Assembly: GCA_028534125.1 (NCBI GenBank)
Contig: CM052816.1
Coordinates: 44,580,001 to 44,644,000, forward strand
Source: Lama glama
Lineage: Eukaryota
Direction of reading: 5' to 3'
DNA length: 64,000 nt
Shown: piece after piece, positions 38,496-50,307 of the stretch
How the letters are laid out: every line of letters begins with the position of its first letter
How positions within the stretch are numbered: the first letter of the stretch is position 1
Notes under the pieces: model-generated
What the model was told of the DNA's origin: nothing
Seen by the model: only the letters and a program-made list of their open reading frames with translations
Databases searched by the model: none
Program-made: the position numbers and the translations under genes

Positions 38496-41209
38496 TTTTT
38501 TTACAGTGCTTGGCGAGTTTTGAAATGTAGATGATAAAAAAAAAAATCAGTAATTGTGGAGGCTGACTACTAATAAAAACCATAAAACGGCCTCTGATTA
38601 CACAACATAACTCTCCAAAAATTGCACTTACTGTTTTTACCAAAATATAGTTTTAGCTTAGTTTAAAAACAATAAAAATATATCTTGGTTACTTTATTTG
38701 GCATAAATGCTATGCATTTCTTTGATTTTTTTTAATTTACAGGAATAATACATTCTAGTAATTCTAATGCTGATATGTCCTAATTCTCATTCAGAACATG
38801 CTCTACTCCAAGAAATACAAGAGATTTAAATATCTTAAATGTTAGTGTGAAGAACACTTGAAAAGATAAATGATATTTCAAACACCACCATTATAGTGTT
38901 AGGCATAAAAATTTGTTTTCCATTTGTGTAATAAACATATTTACTCAACTTTGCTCACAGTTACTGAATTCAGTTTTTGGTGTTCTATGCTGCAAAAGAT
39001 ATACTGACATCATATATGATTCAAGTGCAAATATTCCTGAATGATTATTAAATAAAAGAAACTATATTTGATCACATTTCCATTAATAAACAAATTGTAA
39101 AATTACTGTTAAATTCTTTGAAAGGGAGAAAATTTGATCCTAAATCATTATAATGTAACTAATATACTTTGACATATAAATAAAGGAAAAAAATAAACCA
39201 GAGATTGTTCTCACTATTGATATCTATCATATATTTTCTGTGACACAGAGTAAAAATAGGGTCAAATACACTTTCAAAATTTTTTAAAGAAGACCTAAGA
39301 CTAAAAGAAAATCTGTAAGATTTTGCTGTTTTATAATTTCCTGAATCTATAAGAATGATACAGAATTTAACTGCGGATAAAATAAAGAGTGCATTTCCAT
39401 ACATGTCCCTTACCACCTCCCTAAAAACTTGGGAATTTGTCATCCTTATTTCTCATTCGTTTACATTTGTTTTACGTTATTTATAATGCTTTGAGGAAAG
39501 CTGTGACTTTTGACAGTTGAAAATGAACCAAGAAAGAGAGGGAAGAGAGTGCTGAATTTAGAAATATGAATTTAATCCAACATAAACAGAAGTAGCATTC
39601 AAATTCATATAATTTCACAGTAAAATTTTGCACATTGGAGGTGCTACCTATCAAAGAACATCTATATTCATCAGCACACGTCTCATCACAGGTAAAAGGA
39701 GTGCATAATTAGTAATCTCACCATTTGACATTAAAATCAGTTCATAAATAATGCAGATTATTTTCTTAACAAACTGAAGAAGCTGCTACCTTACAGCATA
39801 AAACAGGTTTTAGACAACAGTTAACTGTACTGCAACTGAGAATTCAGTGACTTTATACATGACTCATTGACATTCTATAGTCACCAGATTGATATGAGAG
39901 CAATAAGAGTGTCAATATGTCGATGACATCAATTTAGTTTCCTTCAATATCACTACCTACCATCCTGGCAGAATCAGTGATGAGCCACAATTATTAAAAC
40001 TGAAGAAATGATAAGGTGATCTCAGCCAAACCAATGTATATAATTTGAACCACTTTCTATTACTTAAACATATGTACACTTAAAAGACTGTCTGCACTTC
40101 ATTTGGTTCAATTATTTTTATGTGATGATATATAAATATTTATCTACTGAATTAATGCTCACTGTACATGAGTTCTGAATTGTCACATTAATATGTTCAA
40201 CTGAATATAAGTCTTCCTATTTTTTGTTATTTCTTGACTTTAATACTTTTCAAGAATATTTGCAGCACCTAGCCTCTTAAAGAAATAAAACTAATCAAAA
40301 ACTCTGACAATTTCTTGCTCATGAAGTTTGAAAAAACAAGTTAGTGACATATAAGCTTCTTATGTACTAAACTTCGTATCATTAAGGTTTTATTCTGAAT
40401 CAGAATCCATCCTAATATAAAGGTCCATTTTATTACATTTTTCTTACATGATCCTGGACAAAATTTAATCTATCTCTAAATATGAACACAAATATAAATG
40501 TACAAAGCAACTTGGACTTGGGTGTTTTTAGCCTAATCTGTGGAAATACTAAGAATCTCTTACAGTTTACACAATAAGGACAACAATAAAGTGTTAAAAA
40601 AATAAAAAAGAAGAAGAAGAAGAAAGAAAGAGGAGGGGCCAGAAAGACATAGTCCAGGGGGAAACCAGCAGGGTCTAGAAGCTATGTGTTAATTCAACAC
40701 TGGAGGAGAGGGTCAGCAAGTAAGGGCGTGGAGATACTGTGAAAGAAGTGAAACATTGCCTCTGGGGTAAGAGAACAGGAGAAACAGCCATAAAAATTTA
40801 AAGGGCACTAGAAATTTACTCAGATGCCAAAGGGAATCTGTGGAAGAATTTATTGGATTCTCTGCATGAGAAATTTAAAGTTCAAATACAGCATCTCTGG
40901 ACTTATTGACTGATACGCTAAATAAATAGATTTTTTGTGTTTCCTCTGTAGACAAACAGATGCATCATATATGCAAGAAAAAATACAAACCCATATACTC
41001 CCACATACAAAAAAGAATATATTTGTGATGAATCAGAAGCAGAATACTTCTAATTTGAATTGATTAAAGTATAATTTCTACAGAAGCATTTATGGTAGAT
41101 GATTCATTAATACTACTTAAGAAACAAAATATTTTATGTAGTAGAATAGTTATGTATTTATGAACCTCTTAGTTCATTTGTAGCATAAACTACCATAGAA
41201 CATAATGCT

Positions 41210-41743
41210 TGTTAAAGCAAAAATTGTACCAGACTAACTTAAACAGGCAAGGAAGACTATTCAAGACCATTGCAATACAGGAAAATGGTCAGAGCTCAGT
41301 TTCAGTTCAATTCTACTGAAACAAAGAGAGTAATTTTTAAGAGCTGAGACAGGGGATTCATAGGCTACTTGTGTTTTCTAATTAGGCTTACTCAAAGGTA
41401 AAGTAAATTTGCACATATCTCTATGATAGGAAGTAGTCTACAAGTTGGAGCAAAATGTCCCAGAGAAGTTAGTTCTCATAAAGACTTGGAAATAGAAGCA
41501 CCATCTTCCTTGATCAGTCATTTCAAAGGGGTGGTTCCCAGGCCCTTCAGAAAGCCATTCCTGGATTGTAAAACTAGCAAAAACCTTATGAAAAGATTAT
41601 ATCTCAAAGGGCAGAGAAAATTTTATAATTACAAATTTCCTAAAGTAAATGATCTAAGAAAATGGAGGTTGGGGTCTAGAGTCAGGAGGAAGTCCATCTA
41701 AAGTTTAGTTAAGCTGAGGGGGATGTTAATGCCATTGTTGTCT
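41210..41743. mobile_element. Solo LTR, ERV1-like (MER89-like), with possible 4-bp TSD
   Basis: Begins tgttaaagcaaaaatt...ttaaacaggcaaggaagact. About 530 bp and compositionally distinct from its flanks. tgct flanks both sides (41206-41209, 41744-41747). Confidence 0.6.
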
Positions 41744-42722
41744 TGCTACAAAAGCATTGTATTTCATTTTTAAATGATGGTATGATATGAATATCTCTTA
41801 CTTTTTACTTTTAGTTCCATATTAAGTCTTTTATTACCTCCGAATAGTTGAATATATCAAGGATTTTTTAAATTAAAAGTGAAAATATAATCTCATCTCA
41901 GAGTACAGGTCTATAGTGTCTGGATCTATTCATATCTTCCAAGAATCTACTAAATTTACTATCCTGGATAGATTTTAATGGAACAATCACTTTCCATTCA
42001 AGTTGCTCTGAGGAAAAAAAAATTTTAAGTCAATCAATAAACACTGGTTCCTAAATATTTGGAAGAACTGGAAGAAACTTAATTTGTGGTATGTATTTCT
42101 CAAGTCCCACCAGTGTACTTTGAAAAATAATTTAATCTTGAGTACATTTTGTAAGATAAGCTGACAGTAAAGCTTTTAAATAAACATAAAGTAAAAAAAA
42201 GCAGAAAAAAGATTTTTCTTTCCTTTCCACTTAGTTTTCTGTTTAGGCATAATATAATTAAATATTAAAAGAAAAAAGTACCTCATAGGAAAAAATTTCA
42301 AACACAAGTTTGCATTAAAAGGCAGCTGAAAGTTACAATTATAAAATTATTGTCAATTATAAAGTACATTATGCTATATGTTAGCCAAATTCAAATTCCT
42401 CAGTAGAATTTGTTCATCTTCTACTGAAATTTAAGAAGGGAAGGTAGAAGTTCAAGAACACTTAGGACATTAGAGAAGAGGGTGGTAATGAGGCCAAGAG
42501 CTTCTCAATCTACACAGAGCTCTCTGGTATTCACCATTTCAATGCACCTTTGCTAAGAAAACACTTGTCCCTCAGATTCCTTTAAGAATCACCATATATG
42601 ATGAGAGATGTTACTAAAGCTGTGTTGTGGATATAAATTTTTCAGAGATGGTGTAAAAAGATGGAGAAGCACTATTCAAAAACAGTGTTTGGTACATAAT
42701 AGGCCTTCAGAAGTCACTTGCT

Positions 42723-43290
42723 AAGAAGAGGCAAGATGGCGGAGTAGAAGGACGCTTTAAGTCACCCTCTCCCACAAATACACCAAGTTCCACATCTACA
42801 GACTCACTCAGCCAACCAGAGCACCTGCGGAACTCCGACAGAACATCGCCCTCTTCAAAAGATAAAGACGCCAAAAATCTGCCCACCCGCGGAGCGCGGC
42901 CAGGGCGGAGCGCGCAGCCTCACAGAGCAGCGGAGCTATCGGTGGCGCAGGCAGAGGGAGAGCGGCCCCCCGCCTGTCGGGCAGGAACACAACCCCTGAC
43001 CGAGGTGCTGGGAAGGGGCACGACCCGCCCTCCTGCCTGGCCAGTCTGCAACATCTGACTGCAGCATCCGGAGGGGCAGTGACCCGCCCGCTCACAGCAG
43101 AGGAGAGCTGCATCTGACCCCGTGTTAGGAGGAGGCGCGATCTGCTTGCCAACAGGTGCTGGGAGCAGCACAGAAGAGGGCGCCAACGGAGGGCCTATGA
43201 AAACAAGCTGAGCTTCCAAAACAGGACGAAGACAGAAGGACTTCACATTAAAAGCACACACACTCCAGGAGAACACCGACAAACCCCCCT
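42723..43290 (+). promoter_or_regulatory. L1 5'UTR internal promoter / CpG-rich island
   Basis: The only strongly CpG-rich stretch in the window. The YY1 site lies near the element start, as in characterised L1 promoters. Confidence 0.75.
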
Positions 43291-43342
43291 TTTTTTTTTT
43301 TTGTTTTTTTTTCTTTGTTTTGTTTTTTGTTTTTTGTTTTTT

Positions 43343-43842
43343 NNNNNNNNNNNNNNNNNNNNNNNNNNNNNNNNNNNNNNNNNNNNNNNNNNNNNNNNNN
43401 NNNNNNNNNNNNNNNNNNNNNNNNNNNNNNNNNNNNNNNNNNNNNNNNNNNNNNNNNNNNNNNNNNNNNNNNNNNNNNNNNNNNNNNNNNNNNNNNNNNN
43501 NNNNNNNNNNNNNNNNNNNNNNNNNNNNNNNNNNNNNNNNNNNNNNNNNNNNNNNNNNNNNNNNNNNNNNNNNNNNNNNNNNNNNNNNNNNNNNNNNNNN
43601 NNNNNNNNNNNNNNNNNNNNNNNNNNNNNNNNNNNNNNNNNNNNNNNNNNNNNNNNNNNNNNNNNNNNNNNNNNNNNNNNNNNNNNNNNNNNNNNNNNNN
43701 NNNNNNNNNNNNNNNNNNNNNNNNNNNNNNNNNNNNNNNNNNNNNNNNNNNNNNNNNNNNNNNNNNNNNNNNNNNNNNNNNNNNNNNNNNNNNNNNNNNN
43801 NNNNNNNNNNNNNNNNNNNNNNNNNNNNNNNNNNNNNNNNNN
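43343..43842. other. Assembly gap (500 N)
   Basis: Run of exactly 500 N, suggesting a fixed placeholder size. Confidence 1.
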
Positions 43843-44088
43843 GTTATGATAAATCACAGAGAAAAAAATGTGACAATGAGTGTGTATATGTCCATGAATG
43901 ACTGAAAAATTGTGCTAAACACTGGAATTTGACACAACATTGTAAAATGATTATAAATCAATAAAAAATGTTAAAAAAAAGAAGTCACTTGCTGAATGAG
44001 TGAATAGCCTCAATTGACAAATACTGAAGAAAGTAGATATAAGTAAAAATTGACAGTCTCATCTTATTCACTTCAATAAATATTTGGT

Positions 44089-44185
44089 GGGGGGAGGGTA
44101 TAGCTCGATGTAGAGCATGTGCTTAGCATGCTCAAGGTCCTAGGTTCAATCCCTAGTACCACTGTTTAAATAAATAAATAAATAA
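44089..44185 (+). mobile_element. tRNA-derived SINE (camelid vic-1-like)
   Basis: ggggagggtatagctc...gtagagc (A-box region), cttagcatg, ggttcaatccc (B-box), then an (AAAT)n tail. Confidence 0.85.
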
Positions 44186-44835
44186 CCAATCTTGAACATC
44201 TACAAAGTTCCTGTCATTCATATACAGAATACAAAATCTTTCAAATTTTCAAAAAGGTTAACTTGAGGAAATCAAGTCAGCCTTCAGACTATTCTTTAAG
44301 AAAGTGAGTCCACCATGTACAATGGGATGAACTGAAAGCAATCCATTTTTCTTGGGAGATAAAGTTGGGAGTCAGATCCTATTTGAAGCTGCTGATACCA
44401 CCTCTTCTGAATGGCTCAGACAAAGTTCTTCTCAGCGTATATGGTAGCCTATTTTCAAAAACTGGCTTAGAAATTCAGTAAAATATCCCACAGTGAAATA
44501 ATGTTGAGTTAGTATCTTCAAGGAATAGGATCAAAGTCACATTAATGGAAGGATGTGCCTTCTTCACGAGAGACCAGACTATGCTGATTACTATTGTAAA
44601 TGTTCTTACTTTTAAGTAATTCCTGCAGAAATTTGCCAGGGCTGCTGCTAGACTGTTCAGTCTGTATCTTACTCTTGACAGAATAAGAATTCACAAGAAA
44701 GAGGAGAAAAAGCCTGTGACTGAATCCTTTGACAGTGGAGATCACAAGATACACAGGGCATATGTCTGATGCAACGAGGTACTGGCAAAACCAAAAATTT
44801 AGAGGCCAGAGAGGGTCTTAGAGAACATGTGCCTT

Positions 44836-44911
44836 TGTGCGTGCGCGTTGCGTGTGTGGGTGTGTGTGCGCCTGCATGTGTGTGTGCGCACGTGTGCGTG
44901 CATGTGTGTGC
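44836..44911. repeat. Alternating purine-pyrimidine (TG/CG) tract
   Basis: tgtgcgtgcgcgttgcgtgtgtggg...gtgcgcacgtgtgcgtgcatgtgtgtgc. Confidence 0.9.
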
Positions 44912-46619
44912 CTGCCTGTTGAGGGGTGGGCAAAGTTCAGGGGCACAGAGCTTTGAGAAGCACTGATGAAGATGTGGAAGGGAGACAATGCATGTAGCAG
45001 GCATGACTCTACAACCTCTGCTCCTGTTCTGGACAAGAGAATAAATTAGTCGATGGGACAAATCCTTGCCTCCTGTTTTTTGACAAACTGCTATATACGC
45101 CTATCAGGGTCCAGCTAAGTTTGGTTTGAAGGAAATAGACGGTAGCTACTTCTGACCATTTTGAGTAAGCACCCTTTCTCCAACGGGCATCCCAGAAAAC
45201 CCTGATGCTAAATAAATATAAAGAGGAACGTCCATATTTACTACAGATGTCTCCTACACAGCCAAGAACACAGGAAAGCCTGTGCCACAACAGAAAAAGA
45301 AAGATAAAGGAGGAGGAGGTAGTCAGGAGTCTATAATGAAATCCTGGCAGCTCTTCAGCCTTTCCTTTATTTTCCTCTCTTTCTCCATTTTTCCTACATC
45401 CCAGATTTTTTTCCCTTTCCTCTCAAACAGTAATACAATCCCTACTAACTGTTGATATGATTTAGACAAAGGATACAAAAACATATGATCTGCAGTGCTG
45501 GCCTTCCTGATTTATATTCCCAAAAGAACTTGTTAACACAAAAGGACTGAGTTGCAAACTGGAGGAAAATTTGAGTAAGAAATGCATCTCTTCTGTCCCC
45601 TACCTCTTTTCCCTGTCCCACCAGCCCACCTCTGAACTCACCCAACTGGCCCAGCAGGGGATTAAGATTCAACTCCTAGCTACAGGCCACTCACCAACAC
45701 TTCCTCATGAGCTGGAGTCTCAGCACAACGAATATGGAATTTCTACATGGAAACTATACAGACGAGGAAAATTTCTGGCTGAGTTATTCAGAATTGTGTA
45801 ATATAAAAGAAAATACAAAATTATTTTTAAATGCATGCATAAGTGTGCATTTGAAATAAGAAATAAAGATAAAATATCAGAAAATAAATGAATACGTCCT
45901 CCCATCAGTTCAAAAGGGCACAAACCCAGGTAGGAACTGAATGATTAGGAAGTTTTTCCCTGTAACACATCAACAGTAATAGTGTCAGTGAAATACTTGG
46001 GAAACTATAAAACATTATTACCAACCATATTATTAGTTCATATTTTAATCTCATCAAAACTAGCCTTTTTCTTTATTTTCACTTTGATCCTATGACCAGC
46101 TCTTTTTTGCTCAACTACATCACTCATTCTGTATCAACTCCTCTTAGTCATCTCTCTCTCATCTGGGGGATACCCGAAGTGACCTTTAAGAAGCTGCATG
46201 CTTGAACCAATTGTGAAATCAAACATCATTTTAAGAAAATCAGTAAAAACTAGATTTATCTGATTTTCTATCAATCGCTCTCTGTTTTCTGTATGCTTTT
46301 TGTCTAGAATTCTATTTACTACTTTATCATAAAAGTCATTAAACATTTAAAAGTAAAGAGATACACAGAACTTTTATGATTGACTTTGTTTTTTGTAACT
46401 CAAAGGCAGCTTTTCTTTCAGAATTTTGGAAATATGTTGAACAATACAAAAATGGAAGAATTTTATTTTAAAAAGTCTTAAGAAATGGCAGAGAATTCAT
46501 AAATAGCAAATGTATAAAGAAGTGAGATTGATTAGAATAGAGCATAGATAGGTCTGAAATAATCATGCACAACTTTCTTCAGGCATCATATTTAAGAGTG
46601 ACCTTTTGTAAACTGACAA

Positions 46620-46858
46620 TACACACTAAGAGTTTATGATGTCCCTTGAACTTTACATGTATTAAATAGTTTAATCCTTACAACCATCCTAAATGGTCAG
46701 TATTAATCCTCTCATTATTTTGCATATAAGGGAACAAACACCCAGAAAGATTAATTTAGATTCCCCAAATTCCCACAGCCAGCAAGTACAGAGGTGAGAT
46801 TTCTAATTGAGGCAGTGGCTACAGAATCCATGCTCTTAAGAACTACAGTATTCTGTCT
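46620..46858 (-). mobile_element. MIR SINE
   Basis: tttacatgtattaaatagtttaatccttacaaccatcct...attttgcatataagggaac...cccacagccagcaagt...agaatccatgctcttaa. Confidence 0.85.
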
Positions 46859-47814
46859 CTTATATCTCATTGATAATAGACTGTATGGTAGGCAACACAT
46901 TCCTGCAGGGGAAAAAGTTAAGTGACTTTGCTACATAATGCATTAAAATATAGGGGATGGTAGCATAGTAATGGAAGTAAAGAATGTTAAGGAAAGTTGA
47001 ATCAAAATGATAAATAGATTAGATACAGATATTTCTCTGACAATGTTTTGTATCAGATCCAAAGTATAACTCAAAAGAGGATGATGTAGTCAAGCCTGTA
47101 TGTTTGCAATGAGTTCAGACTACGCAGGACTATTTACAAAGGCATGTTACAGAGACTGATGAAACTCTACTAGACTTTGAATTCATTTCTGGACCATGGA
47201 ATCTAAGTCTATAACAGAGAGCTGAGCTAGGTAATCTATAAGTTTTTTTTTTTTTCCGAACCTAACATTCTACACTCTCATAATAAAGGGGGAAAAAAAG
47301 AAAAAAATCATAATAAAGCCATTTAAATAAATTTCTCCTCTTAAAATTGCATGATTTGATAATTTTGTTTCTAAGCAATTAGTTAATGATAATGGAAATG
47401 TATAAAATACTTGACTTTTAAATTTAGAAGCAAAGGTGCATGATTCTAATAAAGTTTTAGGAAGAATACATTAATAAGCAGATATTTACTGAATATATAT
47501 TATACGCGAAACATTATATCTGATGCTGGGAAATACATAAAATAATTCTAAATTAAAATCCCTATGTTTTCACTATTTTGAATTTCTAACGGAAATGTTT
47601 AAGACCAACATGAAATGAAATAATAGCAAACAACTATTTGCAAGTAACAGAAAAGCCAATTCAAAGTAGCTTAAACAATGTAGAAACTTATTATGAACAG
47701 TAGAGAAAGTCATGAGTTATGGCAGCTCCAGGACTGGTTAATTCAGCTGCTCAACAGTGTTAATAGAAGCCTGTGTTCCTTCTGTCAGATCTACTATTCC
47801 CATGTGTAGGTCTG

Positions 47815-48075
47815 TACATACTGAGTACATTTAGCAAAAATTGAAAATAGTCTGCAAGTTAGACAGGCATGATGTCTCAAAGTCTATTTCCTGATTTTGA
47901 TGGCTGCAGTGTGCTTATGTAGAAAAATGTCTTAGGTTTTACAAATAAATATTAAAGTTGTGAGGCATCAAGTTAACAAGTCAGTCTCAAATAGATTAGG
48001 AACAAATTTTCTTCATATACTCTTCTTGAAGATTTCCTGTACATATGAGATTAGTTCAAGATATAAAAATATTGA
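47815..48075 (+). mobile_element. L1MC-like 3' fragment
   Basis: atttcctgattttgatggctgcagtgtgcttatgtagaaaaatgtctt...ggcatca...tctcaaata. Confidence 0.6.
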
Positions 48076-48162
48076 ATACAAAAAATATGAATAGAAGTAT
48101 GAGCTTTCTCAATAAAAGAACAATATGACATAAAGCTTAGAATCATAAGATATATCTGTTAC

Positions 48163-48450
48163 ATTTATTTATTTACATAATGTTACTTGAGTACCTAATG
48201 GTTACAAGCACTGTGCCTACAACTGAGGACCCAAATGTGAAAAAAGAGACAGAGCCCTTGCCCTCTGGAGCTTAGTCTAGTGAACTGTTGTTAGGAGAAC
48301 AAGAAAGCATGATATGTTCATGTGATGAAGGAAGTGCAGGATGCTATGAGTACACAGAGGTAGGACCCTAGATAGCTATTTGACAAGGTAGGTATTCTCT
48401 AAGAATTGATATCTAAGCTAAAATCTAATGTTTCAGTAAGAGTTACTCAG
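48163..48450 (-). mobile_element. L2 3' end
   Basis: ttgagtacctaatggttacaagcactgtgc...gacagagcccttgccctctggagcttagtctagtg. Confidence 0.8.
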
Positions 48451-48769
48451 CAAGGTGTCTGGGAGTGAGGGTGTGCTCAAGATAAGTGATCTATACAGAG
48501 ATAAGAGTCTGAACTAACATGGGGAAATACAAGACAAGGCAAGTGTGTCTGACAAACTGAGAATGCTTGATTACCACATTCAGAGCCATTAATTTCCCTC
48601 ATACCACAAAATCATGGTGGAAATTATTTTGTAGGAGGAGACACTAGAGATCTGCCTTCTGAGAAGCTTCCCAATGTTTAGAGAAAGTTGGAAGCAAATG
48701 GACTTTGTTTCCTCTCTACTCTCAGAGGATGTCTGTTTTCTGATAGAGAAAGGATTTCGTTGTAATAAG

Positions 48770-48960
48770 AAATTTTAGACAGGAGTCAGAAAACTTTTCT
48801 TGCCTATGCCAATGTTGATCTACGTGTAACCTTACAGAAGTCACTTTTGACTCTAAAATTCAGTGTTCCCATTTTTAAAGCAGGAATGATACTTTGTACC
48901 TCTCACTTCGATACTGTAAGGTTTTATAAAATATTCACAATACTGTACAAACACAGATTG
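48770..48960 (+). mobile_element. MIR fragment
   Basis: ggagtcagaaaac...gtgtaaccttacagaagtcactt...tcagtgttcccatttttaaagcaggaatgatactttgtacctc. Confidence 0.7.
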
Positions 48961-49234
48961 CTAAGAAATATGAGCTATATATAAATTATCCTTAATAAGG
49001 TTTTTTTAACCAAAATCTACATTTCCTTATGTACTTAATTTTAAATTAAGCATGACTTCTACAAATTTAAAGGGCATGTTTAATATTTCCTTCACAAAAA
49101 AATACTGGAAGAAATGCAAAACCATCCCACAGATTCTGTATTCAGTTTGGAAGCATATTCTACAAAAGAAAATATATTCTACACTCCCAAAGAGAATGCC
49201 AAAAGAATGAGGAAAGCAGTCATGCTGATCCTAC

Positions 49235-49392
49235 CTTTTATATCAACAACAAGAGGAATAAAACTTCACGCTTTCAACCAGTTTTGAATACAGGAAAGCA
49301 GCTGGGGCCTCGAATCTTCTTTCATCACCTCAGGGTGTGACGTGATTATTCAGGAAAAATCAAATTGACTTTATAACTTCGGAGAGATACAT
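49235..49392 (-). ncRNA. Candidate non-coding (5'UTR or lncRNA) exon, 158 nt
   Basis: Strong acceptor tttttcatttcacttcttttctttgtag| and donor AAG|GTAGGA. Stops in all three frames. Retains several CpGs. Confidence 0.45.
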
Positions 49393-49463
49393 CTACAAAG
49401 AAAAGAAGTGAAATGAAAAACTGTAAATTACAGTTCTCTACTTGAGCAGGCCAAATAATTCAC

Positions 49464-49570
49464 CCTGGTCTCAGGAATAGCTCCTGTGCTTCAGGGACGG
49501 AAGACGGTTTCTGTGTGGAAAAGGGTGACGTTAAGTGACAGCAGCTTTGAGGGTTTCATTCGCCTTTATA
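49464..49570 (-). promoter_or_regulatory. Candidate TATA/Inr core promoter and short first exon
   Basis: Minus-strand TATAAAGG at 49570-49563, Inr-like TCACTT with the A at 49536, CRE-like ACGTCA at 49531-49526, and donor AGG|GTGAAT at 49464/49463. Confidence 0.4.
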
Positions 49571-49625
49571 CTTAACTGTTTTTTTTTTTCATTCATAGGT
49601 ATACTAAGAAATAACTTAAAGTGTT

Positions 49626-49800
49626 TTATATATATATAGATATATATATATAGATAGATAGATATATCTATATCTCAAGATTGACTTCTCTATGTGTGTG
49701 CATATGTGTGTGTGTGTTTGTGCACGCACCCTGGGATATATGAGCTATCTAGATAGCTATCTATGGATTGATAGAGAGATAGAGACATAGATAGAAAGAG
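49626..49800. repeat. Compound (AT)n/(ATAG)n/(GT)n low-complexity repeat
   Basis: tatatatagatagatagat..., gtgtgtgtgt, gatagagagatagagacatagataga. Confidence 0.85.
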
Positions 49801-50294
49801 AGAATCCTCAGAGGATAAAAAGTGTATTTCCATCTGATACAATCTCAGAAAGATTATTAAAGTTATCATTAATTTATTTAAATCCTTTTTTTCTTAAATC
49901 CATAATTCAAACCACATATGCAAAAATAAGGTGATCTGACCAAAACTGTGGTTCTTAGGGAGGCCTGCATGCAAAGAATGTCCACTGGAAGACAAGTGCC
50001 CTTATTTTCGGATTCTAAGCTTCGCATATTTGGAGCGTGCCAATAATGGTCCACAGACCCTAACAGAGGAAAGGAAACTCTTTCTCTGGAGAGTAGGTAA
50101 GAGCTCAATTGAAAAAACCCTTCCCTACAACACTTGTTGACTCATGTGTGAGGGCCTGGCTTTCACAGCTATTTGCATCCAGGAATAAGATTACAAAAAG
50201 GATACTACCTTTTTCTACGTGTACTGTCACCTCTTCAAATGTTGAGTGAGTTGCCTAAGAAAATTCTAAGGTATAGCCTCAAATAATTTAATAC

Positions 50295-50307
50295 TGCCCT
50301 CTAGAGG
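50295..50307 (-). promoter_or_regulatory. CTCF-like motif
   Basis: tgccctctagagg is one mismatch from TGCCCTCTAGTGG, the reverse complement of the CTCF core. Confidence 0.35.

Larger units (their letters stand above)
42723..43979 (+). mobile_element. Young, probably full-length L1 (5'UTR and 3'UTR visible, body inside N-gap)
   Basis: CpG-rich 5'UTR with YY1 motif aagatggcg at 42733-42741, a T-rich tract, 500 N, then an L1 3'UTR with aataaa and poly(A). Perfect TSD agaagtcacttgct at 42709-42722 and 43980-43993. Confidence 0.92.

Noticed and set aside
43243..43905. Four long ORFs (182-204 aa) in the ORF track
   Set aside because: Artefacts of translating through the 500-N gap.
44093..44162. 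Possible tRNA-Ala gene
   Set aside because: Degenerate D-arm and acceptor stem plus an (AAAT)n tail indicate a SINE rather than a functional tRNA.
44669..45061. 130-aa ORF with His/Thr-rich segment
   Set aside because: Translation of the TG/CG dinucleotide tract.
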